DNA of 64,000 nt from Salisapilia sapeloensis CBS 127946 (taxonomy: Eukaryota > Protista > Oomycota), in NCBI GenBank assembly GCA_023334545.1, contig JAADVB010000004.1, forward strand, positions 1 through 64,000. The letters are read 5' to 3'. A program made the position numbers and the translations under genes. Shown piece after piece: positions 30,446 to 40,677 of this stretch; position 1 is the stretch's first letter; every line of letters starts with the position of its first letter. The notes below the pieces were generated by a model that saw only the letters and a program-made list of their open reading frames with translations, was not told the origin of the DNA and ran no database searches.

Positions 30446-32511
30446 CTACAGTCTCGACGTTGTTTCTACATCACGTAGCGGCTTCAGGAATTCTGTCAAA
30501 GCAATCTTCTCGCTCGTCAAGTTCATCGGATTGCGCTTCGTAGACTCGTACAGAGATTCGTACGGACGACCGTCGTACTTGCCGAGCGTCGTGTTCAACT
30601 GCTTGTCGGAAAAGTTGAACGCGTCCACGAGTCGAACGGCATGCGGACGAATGTCCAGCATCAGCTGCTCAATCACTTGGCGCATGTCCGAGATCTCGTC
30701 CGGGAGAAGCGCTCCACTCTCGACAAACTCACCCGCGTCCTCTTCGATCATCGTGAGCGCCAGCAAATGGCAGAGCAGTCGCATCACTCGCATCGTTTCC
30801 TCCTCATTCTCAATCGGCTCTGGACTGAGCGTTCCTGCATTCTCCACAGCGTTGGCAAACTGACTAACAAGCATGAAGCTACTGTAGCTCATGCTTAAAC
30901 GGTAGCAATCCACAGAACATTTTTGGATACCAGCAGCAATGTCCTTGACTCCGCCAATTCGCCTCTCGGCTTCTCTCAGCTGATACAGGAAGCGCTGCTG
31001 GAAGGAACGAACGTAGTGTCTAGCGTTCCGCCAGTCGCTTTGATAGCGCTTGGTCGTGCGAATGGGCTTGTCCAGGTGACGCAGGAACTGCATCTGCTCC
31101 GGCAGAGGCTTGCCATCTCGGTAGCTCGAGACAACCTTAAGCAAAGCACGCGCCGTCTGCAACGACAGCATGTAGTTTTCTCCTTCCGCCGTCACGAGCT
31201 GCAGACTGTCCGTCAACGCCACAGGGATTCCTATTCGCCGTGAACATTAATTACAAGATCGTACAGAGACAAAACAAGAAACGTACCACTCGAGATGAGG
31301 TAGCCATGGCCTCCACAAGCGCGACGAGCTATCTCTAGACCAGCACATGCCATGTCGGTCGTCAGCACCTTTAGTCCACACGTGACGGCGTGACCGAACT
31401 CGAGGCTAGTCGTGTTCTGCTGCGCAACCTCCGTCGACAGGTCCTGGCGGAAGTTATCCAGTTGGTTTCCACATAGAGTAATAGCATAAGAAGCAGCAAG
31501 TAGAGGCAGTAGACGACGTTGCTGCGTCTGGTAGTCCATAACCGCGACCTCTCGCTTCTCTTTGACCGTGTTGTCATAGCCCTGCTTACGAACGCAAGAG
31601 TATCGGATCGAGATGGTGCATGCTTTCGCGAGAGCCATACCAGAGGTACGGACGAAGTTCATGCGGTTCTCCAACATGGTAAAGTAGAGCAGAGAACGAG
31701 GCATCTGGGGATTCACCTTGTAGACACCGTCTTTCGACACGCCAGCGATGCGCATCGCCATGTTGTCACGCGGAATGCGGACGTGGGTGAATCGACAGAA
31801 TCCGTTGTCAACATTGTTGAAGCCGATCTTGGGGCCAATGTCTCCAGTTTCGACGCCAGGAAGACACTCGTGAGTGTCCAAGTCACGCAGCTGCACCATA
31901 AAGTTATGCACGCCATGGTCACGTCCGTTAAGAATGAGTCTAGCATAAACGATGGCACAGTTCGCAGTCTTGGCAAGAGCTCCAGGCCACCACTTGACTG
32001 CACTGAGGCTTGGCGAATGGATATCGAACTCATCCGAGTCTGGCAGGTACGTCGCCGTCGTCTCCAGTGCCCGGACGTTGGATCCGTGACCAAGCTCCGT
32101 CTGGGCGTAGCAGCCGATGATGCGGAAACTCTTCGCGAGGGGCTCCCACTTTTGACGCTGCTGCTCCGTGAAGAGCAAAGAAAGGTTCGGGATGAAAAAG
32201 TGGATGTGCAAGTACACGGGCGAAGAGCAGCTCGTGTAGCTGTACAGCAGCTCCCGCAACTCGGTCGTGTCCTCCTCATTCAGCTTGTTTTCTTTCGCAA
32301 TCTGCTCTAGACGAGCTGCCATGCGCAGGCCTAGACGGTACTTGTCCATACGAGAGCCCAAGTCGACCTGCTGATTGTCAAAAGTCGAGTCTTCGAGGAT
32401 GAGCGGATGGAGGCGCTCTAGCTTCTCCACGATCTCCCTGCTCCCATACAAGGCGTAGGTGAGATCGCGAGTGGCGACTTGACTGCGTCGGCGCTCCTCT
32501 ACCAGCTCCAT
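30446..32511 (-). CDS. ACOX1: Peroxisomal acyl-CoA oxidase, two exons
   Basis: GCYAQTELGHGSNVRALET, KWWPGAL, GDIGPKIG..VDNG, RRACGGHGY, catalytic TAEGEN, and C-terminal PTS1 SRL. One intron joins SSG to IPVALTD. Confidence 0.95.
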
Positions 32512-34083
32512 CGTGCTCCGTGCTACAGCTCAAGTTCACAAATGAATTTGTCAGGATATGATGTGTTGACTCGACAAGATAAAGGCACCGACTACTGAGT
32601 ACTTTAGTCAGGATGTCAGTCGTGTGGAAGATACTAGTTGGATCATGCTTTGGTGGGTGTTTATAGACGAATGAGGATTTAAGAAGACTAGTTTCTGCTG
32701 TGATGCTATATCTAGACATGTTCCGAGATCACTTTTATCCATGTTGAGTATCAGATACTTTTGCTGGTTGGTAACTCTAGTAGGGCTTCAAAGACGTGTT
32801 CAGGTTGAAGTTCGAGCAGTTTACGAAACCTGACACGAGATACTGCTTCAAGAAGGGGTTGATCGACCTCATATAAGACACTTTATTGTCAACTACAGGG
32901 GAAGTGGCATTGTAAGCATGTACCAGTGCGGATATCGATGTATCAGCGCGCCTAGACGAAATTAGATGCCTATAGTGCCGAAATCGGCAAGTTGAATTGC
33001 AAATGAGACGTAGAGCTAACTGTACGGAAGCAACTAAACTGCTTGAGAAAGACATTGGTGTTACGAGCAATGCAAAGCTCAGTAAAAAAATAATAAAATT
33101 ATTGTTGGCCATTAATTGCGCTCGAAATACTCTCAAGTTGTGGACAAGACAGGCCTTCTTCGCACCGGTTTGGCACTAACGAACCAAATGCATTTGCCAA
33201 AAGGTACATGAAATGAAGAGTACGAAAAGAGTGAGTTTGGATTACAATGTCCACTTCCGTTCCACATATCCAGTCGTGCTCGCCGATCATACTCCTAACG
33301 GAAATTGCATGTATAAATCCTGGATTGGATTCTATAGGCTTCGGAACTTTTAGAATGGTTGAGCTATGGATTTGGGCGAAATGTTCGCATTAATCAGCAA
33401 TATGTACCTGATATCTCCGCTCAAGAGCCATGCCTTGCCTTTGACACAGAAAGTCGACTACCTCACACCTTGGACCAGAGTGCGTTCATCCGTAAGCCAA
33501 AACGTTAACCCAGCTTCAACACTCAAGTCAGGATATCCACTGCGCTATGCATTTGTTTGGCTATGTACCTCTCTATCGAATCAGCTGTACCTGTATTGCG
33601 CTTAATCTAAATAAGTAAAGGCTTGGAAGATACTCTAGTTGCAAGGCAACAGGTCCAACGGATGTTGTAGTTGGGTTGAAGTGTAGATCTTGAATAGTCG
33701 CGAAAACCGAACCCATCTCCAGACATCTGTGACTTGTCAATTGCCCGAAAAGTAGAAAAGATCTATGGCGCATGTGCATAGTATATGCGACCGTCTGCGA
33801 CCCAACTATCTCATACAGAGCCTGTCAAACGGTACCCCACACTATGCCGTACAGTTGGTGAGATGCAGAGTCGCGGTGAATAGCCGCAGCAATTCGATTG
33901 TCCCATTGAAGGAGATATGCCTTTCTTCCAAGGGACATGCACTGTCATTTCATTAGCTACACTTACGTACTTGTGACGGATAACGCCTACCATGAACCCA
34001 AACTCATGAACCAGTTTCCATGATGATAAGTCATTTCGGATTTTGCTCAAACTCCCAACAATATCTATCTTATTCAACACAGC

Positions 34084-34959
34084 ATGACTATCTACGATCG
34101 CTTGTTCCGTCCACACGACTCGCATCGTTCTTCTCTACCGGATCTGAATGTCTCGAAGAAAGCTCCATCTCCATGTGGGAAGCAAACGTCCTCGATCTCA
34201 ACTTCACCCATACTATCCGCAGCTCGAACTGTATCTGCGTGCAGTGATGATGAGGTAGCGAAACAATCGGATCCTCCAAATGCCAAGAGAGCTGAGCAGA
34301 TGAGATATGTTACAGTCTATGTTTGCCATGGTGCTAGCACGGGTATTACGTTCAGGACATGCTCACGCACCAACCTCCCCCAAGTAGAATCAATTCAAGA
34401 GAACAGCATGCTACCAGGAATTTCACTACTAAGCATTGGCGATTACCTCGTGTCGTTTAATGGACAAAGTGTGCATAGCTCGAGTGTATCAAAAGAAGAG
34501 CTAGAGTATCTTCTCGGAAGCTCTGGTGTACGCCCAGCAATACTGCGGTTCCGACGACGGTCCTCAAGTTCATCCCCAGTCCGTTCAAGCACCCCCACCC
34601 TCCAGGAAGAGAGGCAGCTCATAAGGAAGGAGACACGCATGAAATATGAAATGCGTTTGAGTCACATCTTGTATGAGGAGCATCACTGCGATCTTGGCGT
34701 AGAGCTGGAGCTGCAGTGTACTCGGGCATGGTACCCCGTTGTCAAGCATGTTTCTCCAGGTGGGATCGCCGATCAGCAGAGCAAGGACAATCCGGTTTTA
34801 CCAGGTCATCTCCTGAAGGGAGTGAATGAATATGATGTCAACAGTATCGGTGCAGCAACTGCGCTGAAAGTGATCAAAGCTTCGCCACGACCGCTCGTCC
34901 TGACATTCATGCGTCCGAGTAGTCCTCAACACAGATCAAGACACAGCTTGGGTGTATAA
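34084..34959 (+). CDS. PDZ-domain protein (two PDZ-like units, 291 aa)
   Basis: STGITF...LSIGDYLVSFNGQSV and DLGVEL...PGGIAD...PGHLLKGVNEYDV...KVIKASPRPLVLTF. Confidence 0.7.
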   Translation: MTIYDRLFRPHDSHRSSLPDLNVSKKAPSPCGKQTSSISTSPILSAARTVSACSDDEVAKQSDPPNAKRAEQMRYVTVYVCHGASTGITFRTCSRTNLPQVESIQENSMLPGISLLSIGDYLVSFNGQSVHSSSVSKEELEYLLGSSGVRPAILRFRRRSSSSSPVRSSTPTLQEERQLIRKETRMKYEMRLSHILYEEHHCDLGVELELQCTRAWYPVVKHVSPGGIADQQSKDNPVLPGHLLKGVNEYDVNSIGAATALKVIKASPRPLVLTFMRPSSPQHRSRHSLGV

Positions 34960-35003
34960 CTTTGGTAGAAACAATAACATCAAAATTTTGCCTTAGACTA
35001 CGT

Positions 35004-36995
35004 TCAAGTGTCCACTTCTGCGTCGTTGATCTCTACCTGATCTGCCCCAGTGCTCTGCCGATTGGACATATTCTTGTTGATAACCCGTTGGACTTCTGAA
35101 TACATCTCGTCTAAGACAGGCAAGTCTTGCAAGTCATTTGCACTGAGTCCCCTGGACGGATTCAACCGCCGGCGCTTCGCGTACTCTCGTTGTGCAAGCC
35201 ACTCCTCGCGCTCTCGCTCTTTCCGCAGTCGCTCACTCATCAAGAATTGCTCATACTTGCGCACTTCTCTCGTCCGCTTCTTTCTCGCAGTCCGAATTGC
35301 CTTCTGCTGCGCCCGGTACTCTCGGATAGCCAACTTGCGCTTCTTCTGCAGCGATGTGGTCTCTCGAGACTCTTCCAGTTGCCTTTTGATCGAATCGAAG
35401 AAGGCTTCGACTCGCGGATCTTTTTCTAACAGCATTCGATGAGTCTGCAGTGGCACGAGAGCCTTCTCCACCTCCGATATCTTGCAAAAAGCAGCCTCTC
35501 GCGATGCCAAGCCGTCCATTTTAATGACAACTGATCTGTCTCGTGACACCTTGCCGTGGTACTCGAAACGATACAGCGGGGTTCCTGTTTTCTTATGCTT
35601 TCGAACGCTCACTCGCATCAGTCGCTTCGATGGAACAGTCTCATCCTTTCTTTCTATCATGCGCTGGTGGCTTTTGTACACTTCGTGCAGCTTGGTCACT
35701 TGAGACTTAATCGCATCTTTCACCCAGCTCTTCCGATGCATGCGACTGCTGACAGTAGGAATTTCTAGCAGCTTACGGTGGACAATTGTAGTCAGTCGGC
35801 TCACGACGTAGTCGTCGGAGATGACGTGGGTGCTTGGGAGGAGCGACTGGCATTCTTCCATGAAGACCTGCCAGTCAAAGCCGCGCAATAGCAGGGTTAC
35901 ATACTGCTCCACACAAGCTCTTTTGCCTCGAACTAAATGCCGCTCATCGCCTACAACGGAGTCCTGTACTAGCTGATTCATGTACTCCTCTACAATTACA
36001 GCCAAGGCGATGGCAGCGGACTCATCCAACGAGCCCACCAGCTCTTCCACCTCGGAGATTTGAAGACTGGCGATGTGCACCACGTAGTCCACAACAGACT
36101 ATCAAAAAGTTATAGAAATATACATCTTTAGATATGTCAAAGAGCTTACATCTAATGGTAGAGCACTATCACGACCTAAACAACGTCCAAAGACACACGG
36201 TTAGATCTTTACCGTCATTAACAAATAGTAGAGGATGAAGCGTAGTACCTCGTTCATAGACAATGTTGTCAAAGGCACGCTCCAACCACTTTGCTTCTTT
36301 TGGGGGCGTACTGATCTGCGCCCGAAATATATATTTATCATGTTCTAATGTACTCAGATACTCAGATACTCGAATAGACTTACCAACGTTGTACTCGGCT
36401 TGTTATATCGCTCTTTCGCTTCAATTGATTCCATCATAGAGATGCCTCTAGGCCCGACTACGGGCACGTTCGTTATGCGATGGGACAGTCCCTTTTGAAA
36501 CTCATACGGGATGATCGGATCTTCCGCTAGCTCGTCCTCCGCCTGACCAACCTTTCGGTCGTAAATACTGCTGATGGTAGGAAAGCCACCACTTTGTCTT
36601 ATTTGCGCTATACGCTCTGCTCTCGCATCTTTTTCAGCCTTCTTCACTAAAGCTTTTTGTTTCTCGCGTGCAAATCGAAAGCAGCTACATCTCGCATCCA
36701 CGTCATCTTCTTCCACATTGCGTCCTTCGAGCTCTTTCTGGTGATACACACAGCGGCAATGGCTGTATACAGCTTTGCTCGGCTGGCGACAGCCTCGACA
36801 AAGAGGACATCGATGCTTGGAAGAGCTCACGAAGCAGTCGCAGGCTCTCGACTCACGACACATCTCACTTGCAACGTCCTTATCATCTCGATCAACACTT
36901 TGGCATCGGCAATGTCTTTCCATGCACAAATGACATATGTGGCAGCTTTCCACTGACCCACAGGCGCAGCCATTCACACGCTCCATTGCGTACAC
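35004..36995 (-). CDS. Four-exon protein (~600 aa): Cys/His-rich N-terminus, Rrn10-like motif, possible arm/AP2-like DNA-binding segment, basic coiled-coil tail
   Basis: Exons 36995-36384, 36315-36249, 36175-36150 and 36098-35004 splice in frame at GT-AG sites: ...TTL|ISTPPKEAKWLERAFDNIVYER G|RDSALPLD|SVVDYVVHIAS...SLDESAAIALAVIVEEY. The domain labels are tentative. Confidence 0.7.
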
Positions 36996-37203
36996 TCAAG
37001 CTATCTGTTTCGTGACTGGAATCAGTGTACACTTTGGCTATATATTTCCTGCTTTATCAACGTAAATGGGTAGAAAAGGTATAAAAATTTTACGTTTATG
37101 CATAAACGAAATAAAGAAGTTTAAATAGACAGAATGGGCGTTTGGCAAACTCTTGATCCCATTTGGAGTTTTCGAGAAAACCGCCGGAAGAGTCGAGCTG
37201 AAA

Positions 37204-37673
37204 ATGGAGAAGCGAGGGAAGCTGCGCTTGAAGACACCGGGCGGCAAAGGCCTCAAGCCGAGTGCGAAAAAGGAAAAGCGTAAGCACAAGAAGAGTAAGC
37301 AGAAAGAGCGCAAGGAAACACAGGTCGACGACACGCCGACTGACGGCAAAGACCAAGCGGAAGAAGAGGACGAATTTGCAGGCTTGACGCCAGCTCAGCG
37401 CCGACACGCCGAGCACCAGAAGAAAAAGGTACGGTTGAGTCAAGTGTCAACACTAGTATAGGTCACTGACGTAGCTTTAGGAGGAAGAAGAGATTGAAAA
37501 GGCTGCGAGCAAGACGTATCGCGAGCGTGTCGAAGAGATGAATCAGTACTTGAGTAACCTGACAGAGCACCACGACGTTCCAAGAGTATGCTTTACTAGG
37601 TCCATTCATCTCAATTGCACATACTCAGTAACGCGTTGTATTCTAATAGGTATCCGCAGCAGGCAACGGTTAA
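37204..37673 (+). CDS. FAM32A: FAM32A-family small basic nuclear protein, three exons
   Basis: Spliced product ...LTPAQRRHAEHQKKK|EEEEIEKAASKTYRERVEEMNQYLSNLTEHHDVPR|VSAAGNG* matches the FAM32 C-terminal pattern. Confidence 0.88.
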
Positions 37674-37747
37674 GTCCAATATACTTGTGCATTTAGAACA
37701 ACAGAAATAGAGCCGCAACGTTCTACTGGGAGCAACTCCTGCCTCGA

Positions 37748-40393
37748 TCACTCGTCGTCTTCTCGGTCGATCTCCGGAAGCTCCTCATATTCAATACACT
37801 GCTCGTTGTGCGACCAGTTGCGCATCTTGCTATCGCCACACGACAGGTAGAGCTCACACAGGTGGGTAAAAGTGCTGTGGCAGCTCATCGGGTTCGTGTG
37901 CTTGCACCTGATCTCCTGCACCATACCTCCGAGCAAGTCTACTTTCGGCACAATGTCCGTCTGCGGCTTGAACGTCAGGACATTGTCCCGAATGGCTTGA
38001 GCGTCTAGGTCGAAGCGCTCTCGAGAGTAGAGGAGTCCAGGTCCGGAGAACGAGACTGCTCTGGCATGGACTTTAGCGGCGACCATGGCGGCGATGGCTC
38101 CACCCAGACTGTGACCGGTGACGACCAGGTTGTCTCCCACTCTCTCCTTGACCTCTCTGACGTGCTTTTCCAGCGGTTCGTACACTGGCTCTGGCATGAT
38201 CCACGAGATGCCTTTCATGGATAGAAGACCCACGACAAAACTGTTCGGTAGTTGCCTCAAAAATGGCACAAAAACGTTCATGACTTGCATGATGGTGATG
38301 CCGAACCAAAAATGGAGGTCTTCTAGCGCGTCATTTGCACTCGCAGTGCCTCGCACACTCACGACGGTCATGTTGAGCTGGTTAAAATAGATCTCCATCC
38401 ACACCTGGTGGTCGTGGGGGGCCTGATGGGCCACGTACGTGTAGTTGGCGAGCACCGTGCCGTTCACTCGGTTGTCCAAGGCCACCTGCTGCACCTCGGG
38501 CGTCTGTCCATAGGCTGCGTCGGCTATCAGTGCAAAGTCCAGGACGGACAGCCCATCGTAGTCGAGAGAGCAAGCTGGGTACTCGGCCGTTTGCCGGTCC
38601 AAGTCGATGGTCAGGCCTTTGTTCTTCACTTGTTGCTCGTTTGGCCGATCGTTAGTTTCGTTCAACGTAGCGTTGCCTGGAGGTCCGAGCTTGAAGCTTC
38701 CTCCCGTCGCAAATGTCCCGACGACGATAGACGAGAGGAAGAAGACGATGGAGAGGACGACAAAGACCGAAATAAAGTGTCGGAAGGTGCGGCCAAAGAC
38801 CTGAGGGAAGCGTCTTTGGATGACGGTGGCGAGCATAATGAGCGCCACGCCCATGATAGGCCATCCAACCATGAGCTCCACGAGTGACACGAGTGCTGCT
38901 GCGATGACCACTAACAAAAGGATGATGATGCGCCAGTTGTACGACAGTTTGTTCCAGGGATTGATGACTCGCCAGCTGAGACGCCAGTCTCTCATCACTT
39001 GAAAGCATCCCCTCCTTCTCCTCCTCCTTCCGTCAATGTTGGCTGGGTTCTTGCGTTCAATGTGACTCGTCGGGTCTCCCAACACAGGTACCCCATCGGG
39101 ACTGGACTCTCGGTACGTTTCTCGTCGTGGCTGTCGTCTGCAGCAAATGAGATCTGCCATGTACGACAAGAGTCCACCTCCTACGTGATGGTAAAAGCGA
39201 AACCCAATGTCCAGGAGCCACAAGTTCTCCGTCCGGCCTGACTCCTTGAGCTCTGCAACTTTGTGTCGTAAGCGACGTCGTCGTCGACGGTAGTTGCTGA
39301 CGAGGATGCGCATGCGGCGGTTGCGACTGCTCCAAAAGTGCGTGATGATCCAGAGCACGAGGTAAGCCGTGATGCACCAAAAGCCAGTCTTGATGTACGC
39401 CGTGAAGGCGCTCGAGGGACTCCACGTCATGAAGAAGCGGTACAGGCAGGAAGTGATCGTGGTGAGTTCGAAGACGACAGGGCAGATTAGGTCAGCGAGT
39501 ACGAACGTCGTGACGTCAATCGGTGGCCCTTCCTGTCGAAAGATTTTATTCAAGAGCAGCGTCGCTTTGACGGCTGCTTTGGCTCGACGCCATCGACTGC
39601 GTGCGCTCGTGGCGCCTTCGTGAGGAGTCCTGGACATTGGCAGCATGTTCCGCTGGACGTCCTGCATCTTTTCAAAATTGGCGTCTTCTTCGTCCTTGTC
39701 CTCATCAGTGAACGGGTCCTCCTTTTGCGATTGAAAGATGTGGCGAAAGAAGCTGCAGCATCCACCTTTGCTTTTTCTATTGTCCTCATTCGCCTGGCTA
39801 CTGGTGCTGGTTTGGGAATGTAAACTCCGTAGCTGTGGCTTGGATGGATCGTAGAGATTCACGGCGTTGATCTCCGCCCGATGGCGCAGATAGTGGAGGA
39901 CGATGACGAGGGCCAGTCGAAAGTTGCGAAGAGACCCGTCAGTTTTCTTGATAGCATCCACAAAGAAACGAACGCCTTCCTGGAACAAGTAAGAGAAGAG
40001 GAGCATGACGACGGGGAGGAAGACGAGCAAGAGGACGGCGCGTAAGATGTAATCGTCGCTATCCTTGGCGCTGGGTAAAAAGATGGCAAAGAAAATTTCC
40101 ATGAGCCACGTGAAGGAGACGATGATGATGACCATGAGCACGAGGAAGGACAGGTAGCCGAAGCGAAATTGGCATAGCGCTCTGTAAACAAGCCAGAACA
40201 AGTAGCTCTTCCGGTGCATGTTTAACTCTTGCGTTCGCCCTTCCATCGTCGTCATGGTGCGATCCTTGTTCCGGAAGAGTCCATGCACTTTCGTCGGTGG
40301 CGCGGGGGAAGCCGAGCCTGCCTGTGCCTCGATGTCTGTCCCCACTGGCGTCGGTTGTGCCGAGTGGAAGTGGCTAGTACCCCGATTCATCAT
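37748..40393 (-). CDS. Multi-pass membrane protein with a C-terminal class-3 lipase domain (881 aa)
   Basis: Several TM helices, then VVSVRGT, VTGHSLGG (GxSxG nucleophile), AVSFSGPG, DIVPKVD and CHS. Confidence 0.88.
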   Translation of the reverse strand: MMNRGTSHFHSAQPTPVGTDIEAQAGSASPAPPTKVHGLFRNKDRTMTTMEGRTQELNMHRKSYLFWLVYRALCQFRFGYLSFLVLMVIIIVSFTWLMEIFFAIFLPSAKDSDDYILRAVLLLVFLPVVMLLFSYLFQEGVRFFVDAIKKTDGSLRNFRLALVIVLHYLRHRAEINAVNLYDPSKPQLRSLHSQTSTSSQANEDNRKSKGGCCSFFRHIFQSQKEDPFTDEDKDEEDANFEKMQDVQRNMLPMSRTPHEGATSARSRWRRAKAAVKATLLLNKIFRQEGPPIDVTTFVLADLICPVVFELTTITSCLYRFFMTWSPSSAFTAYIKTGFWCITAYLVLWIITHFWSSRNRRMRILVSNYRRRRRRLRHKVAELKESGRTENLWLLDIGFRFYHHVGGGLLSYMADLICCRRQPRRETYRESSPDGVPVLGDPTSHIERKNPANIDGRRRRRRGCFQVMRDWRLSWRVINPWNKLSYNWRIIILLLVVIAAALVSLVELMVGWPIMGVALIMLATVIQRRFPQVFGRTFRHFISVFVVLSIVFFLSSIVVGTFATGGSFKLGPPGNATLNETNDRPNEQQVKNKGLTIDLDRQTAEYPACSLDYDGLSVLDFALIADAAYGQTPEVQQVALDNRVNGTVLANYTYVAHQAPHDHQVWMEIYFNQLNMTVVSVRGTASANDALEDLHFWFGITIMQVMNVFVPFLRQLPNSFVVGLLSMKGISWIMPEPVYEPLEKHVREVKERVGDNLVVTGHSLGGAIAAMVAAKVHARAVSFSGPGLLYSRERFDLDAQAIRDNVLTFKPQTDIVPKVDLLGGMVQEIRCKHTNPMSCHSTFTHLCELYLSCGDSKMRNWSHNEQCIEYEELPEIDREDDE

Positions 40394-40677
40394 ATCGACC
40401 AGTCAAGCAGTGAAAACCAAAGGCGACAAGGCTTTATTTGTAAAAACGCCACGATAAGTAACTTCCGTATCTCGTGCTGTCCTGTTGACCTCGTTGCTCG
40501 TGAGTGAGACCTGGCCGAGTCCGTGAAGGCGTAAAGTAGGTTCAGCTTGGTTTTGTTCTCGCAACGCTCTGGTTGCCACATCACGGATGAACCCGACAAT
40601 GGAACACACTTGGTACAGTCGGACGAAGCAGACTGACACGAAATTTCAAATCGACTAGCCCATCGTGGTGGGGACGC

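Noticed and set aside
32962-33010. Minus-strand peptide FAIQLADFGTIGI resembling a kinase DFG motif
   Set aside because: It is flanked by stops within a few codons, and no HRD, VAIK or APE motifs lie nearby. Likely chance.
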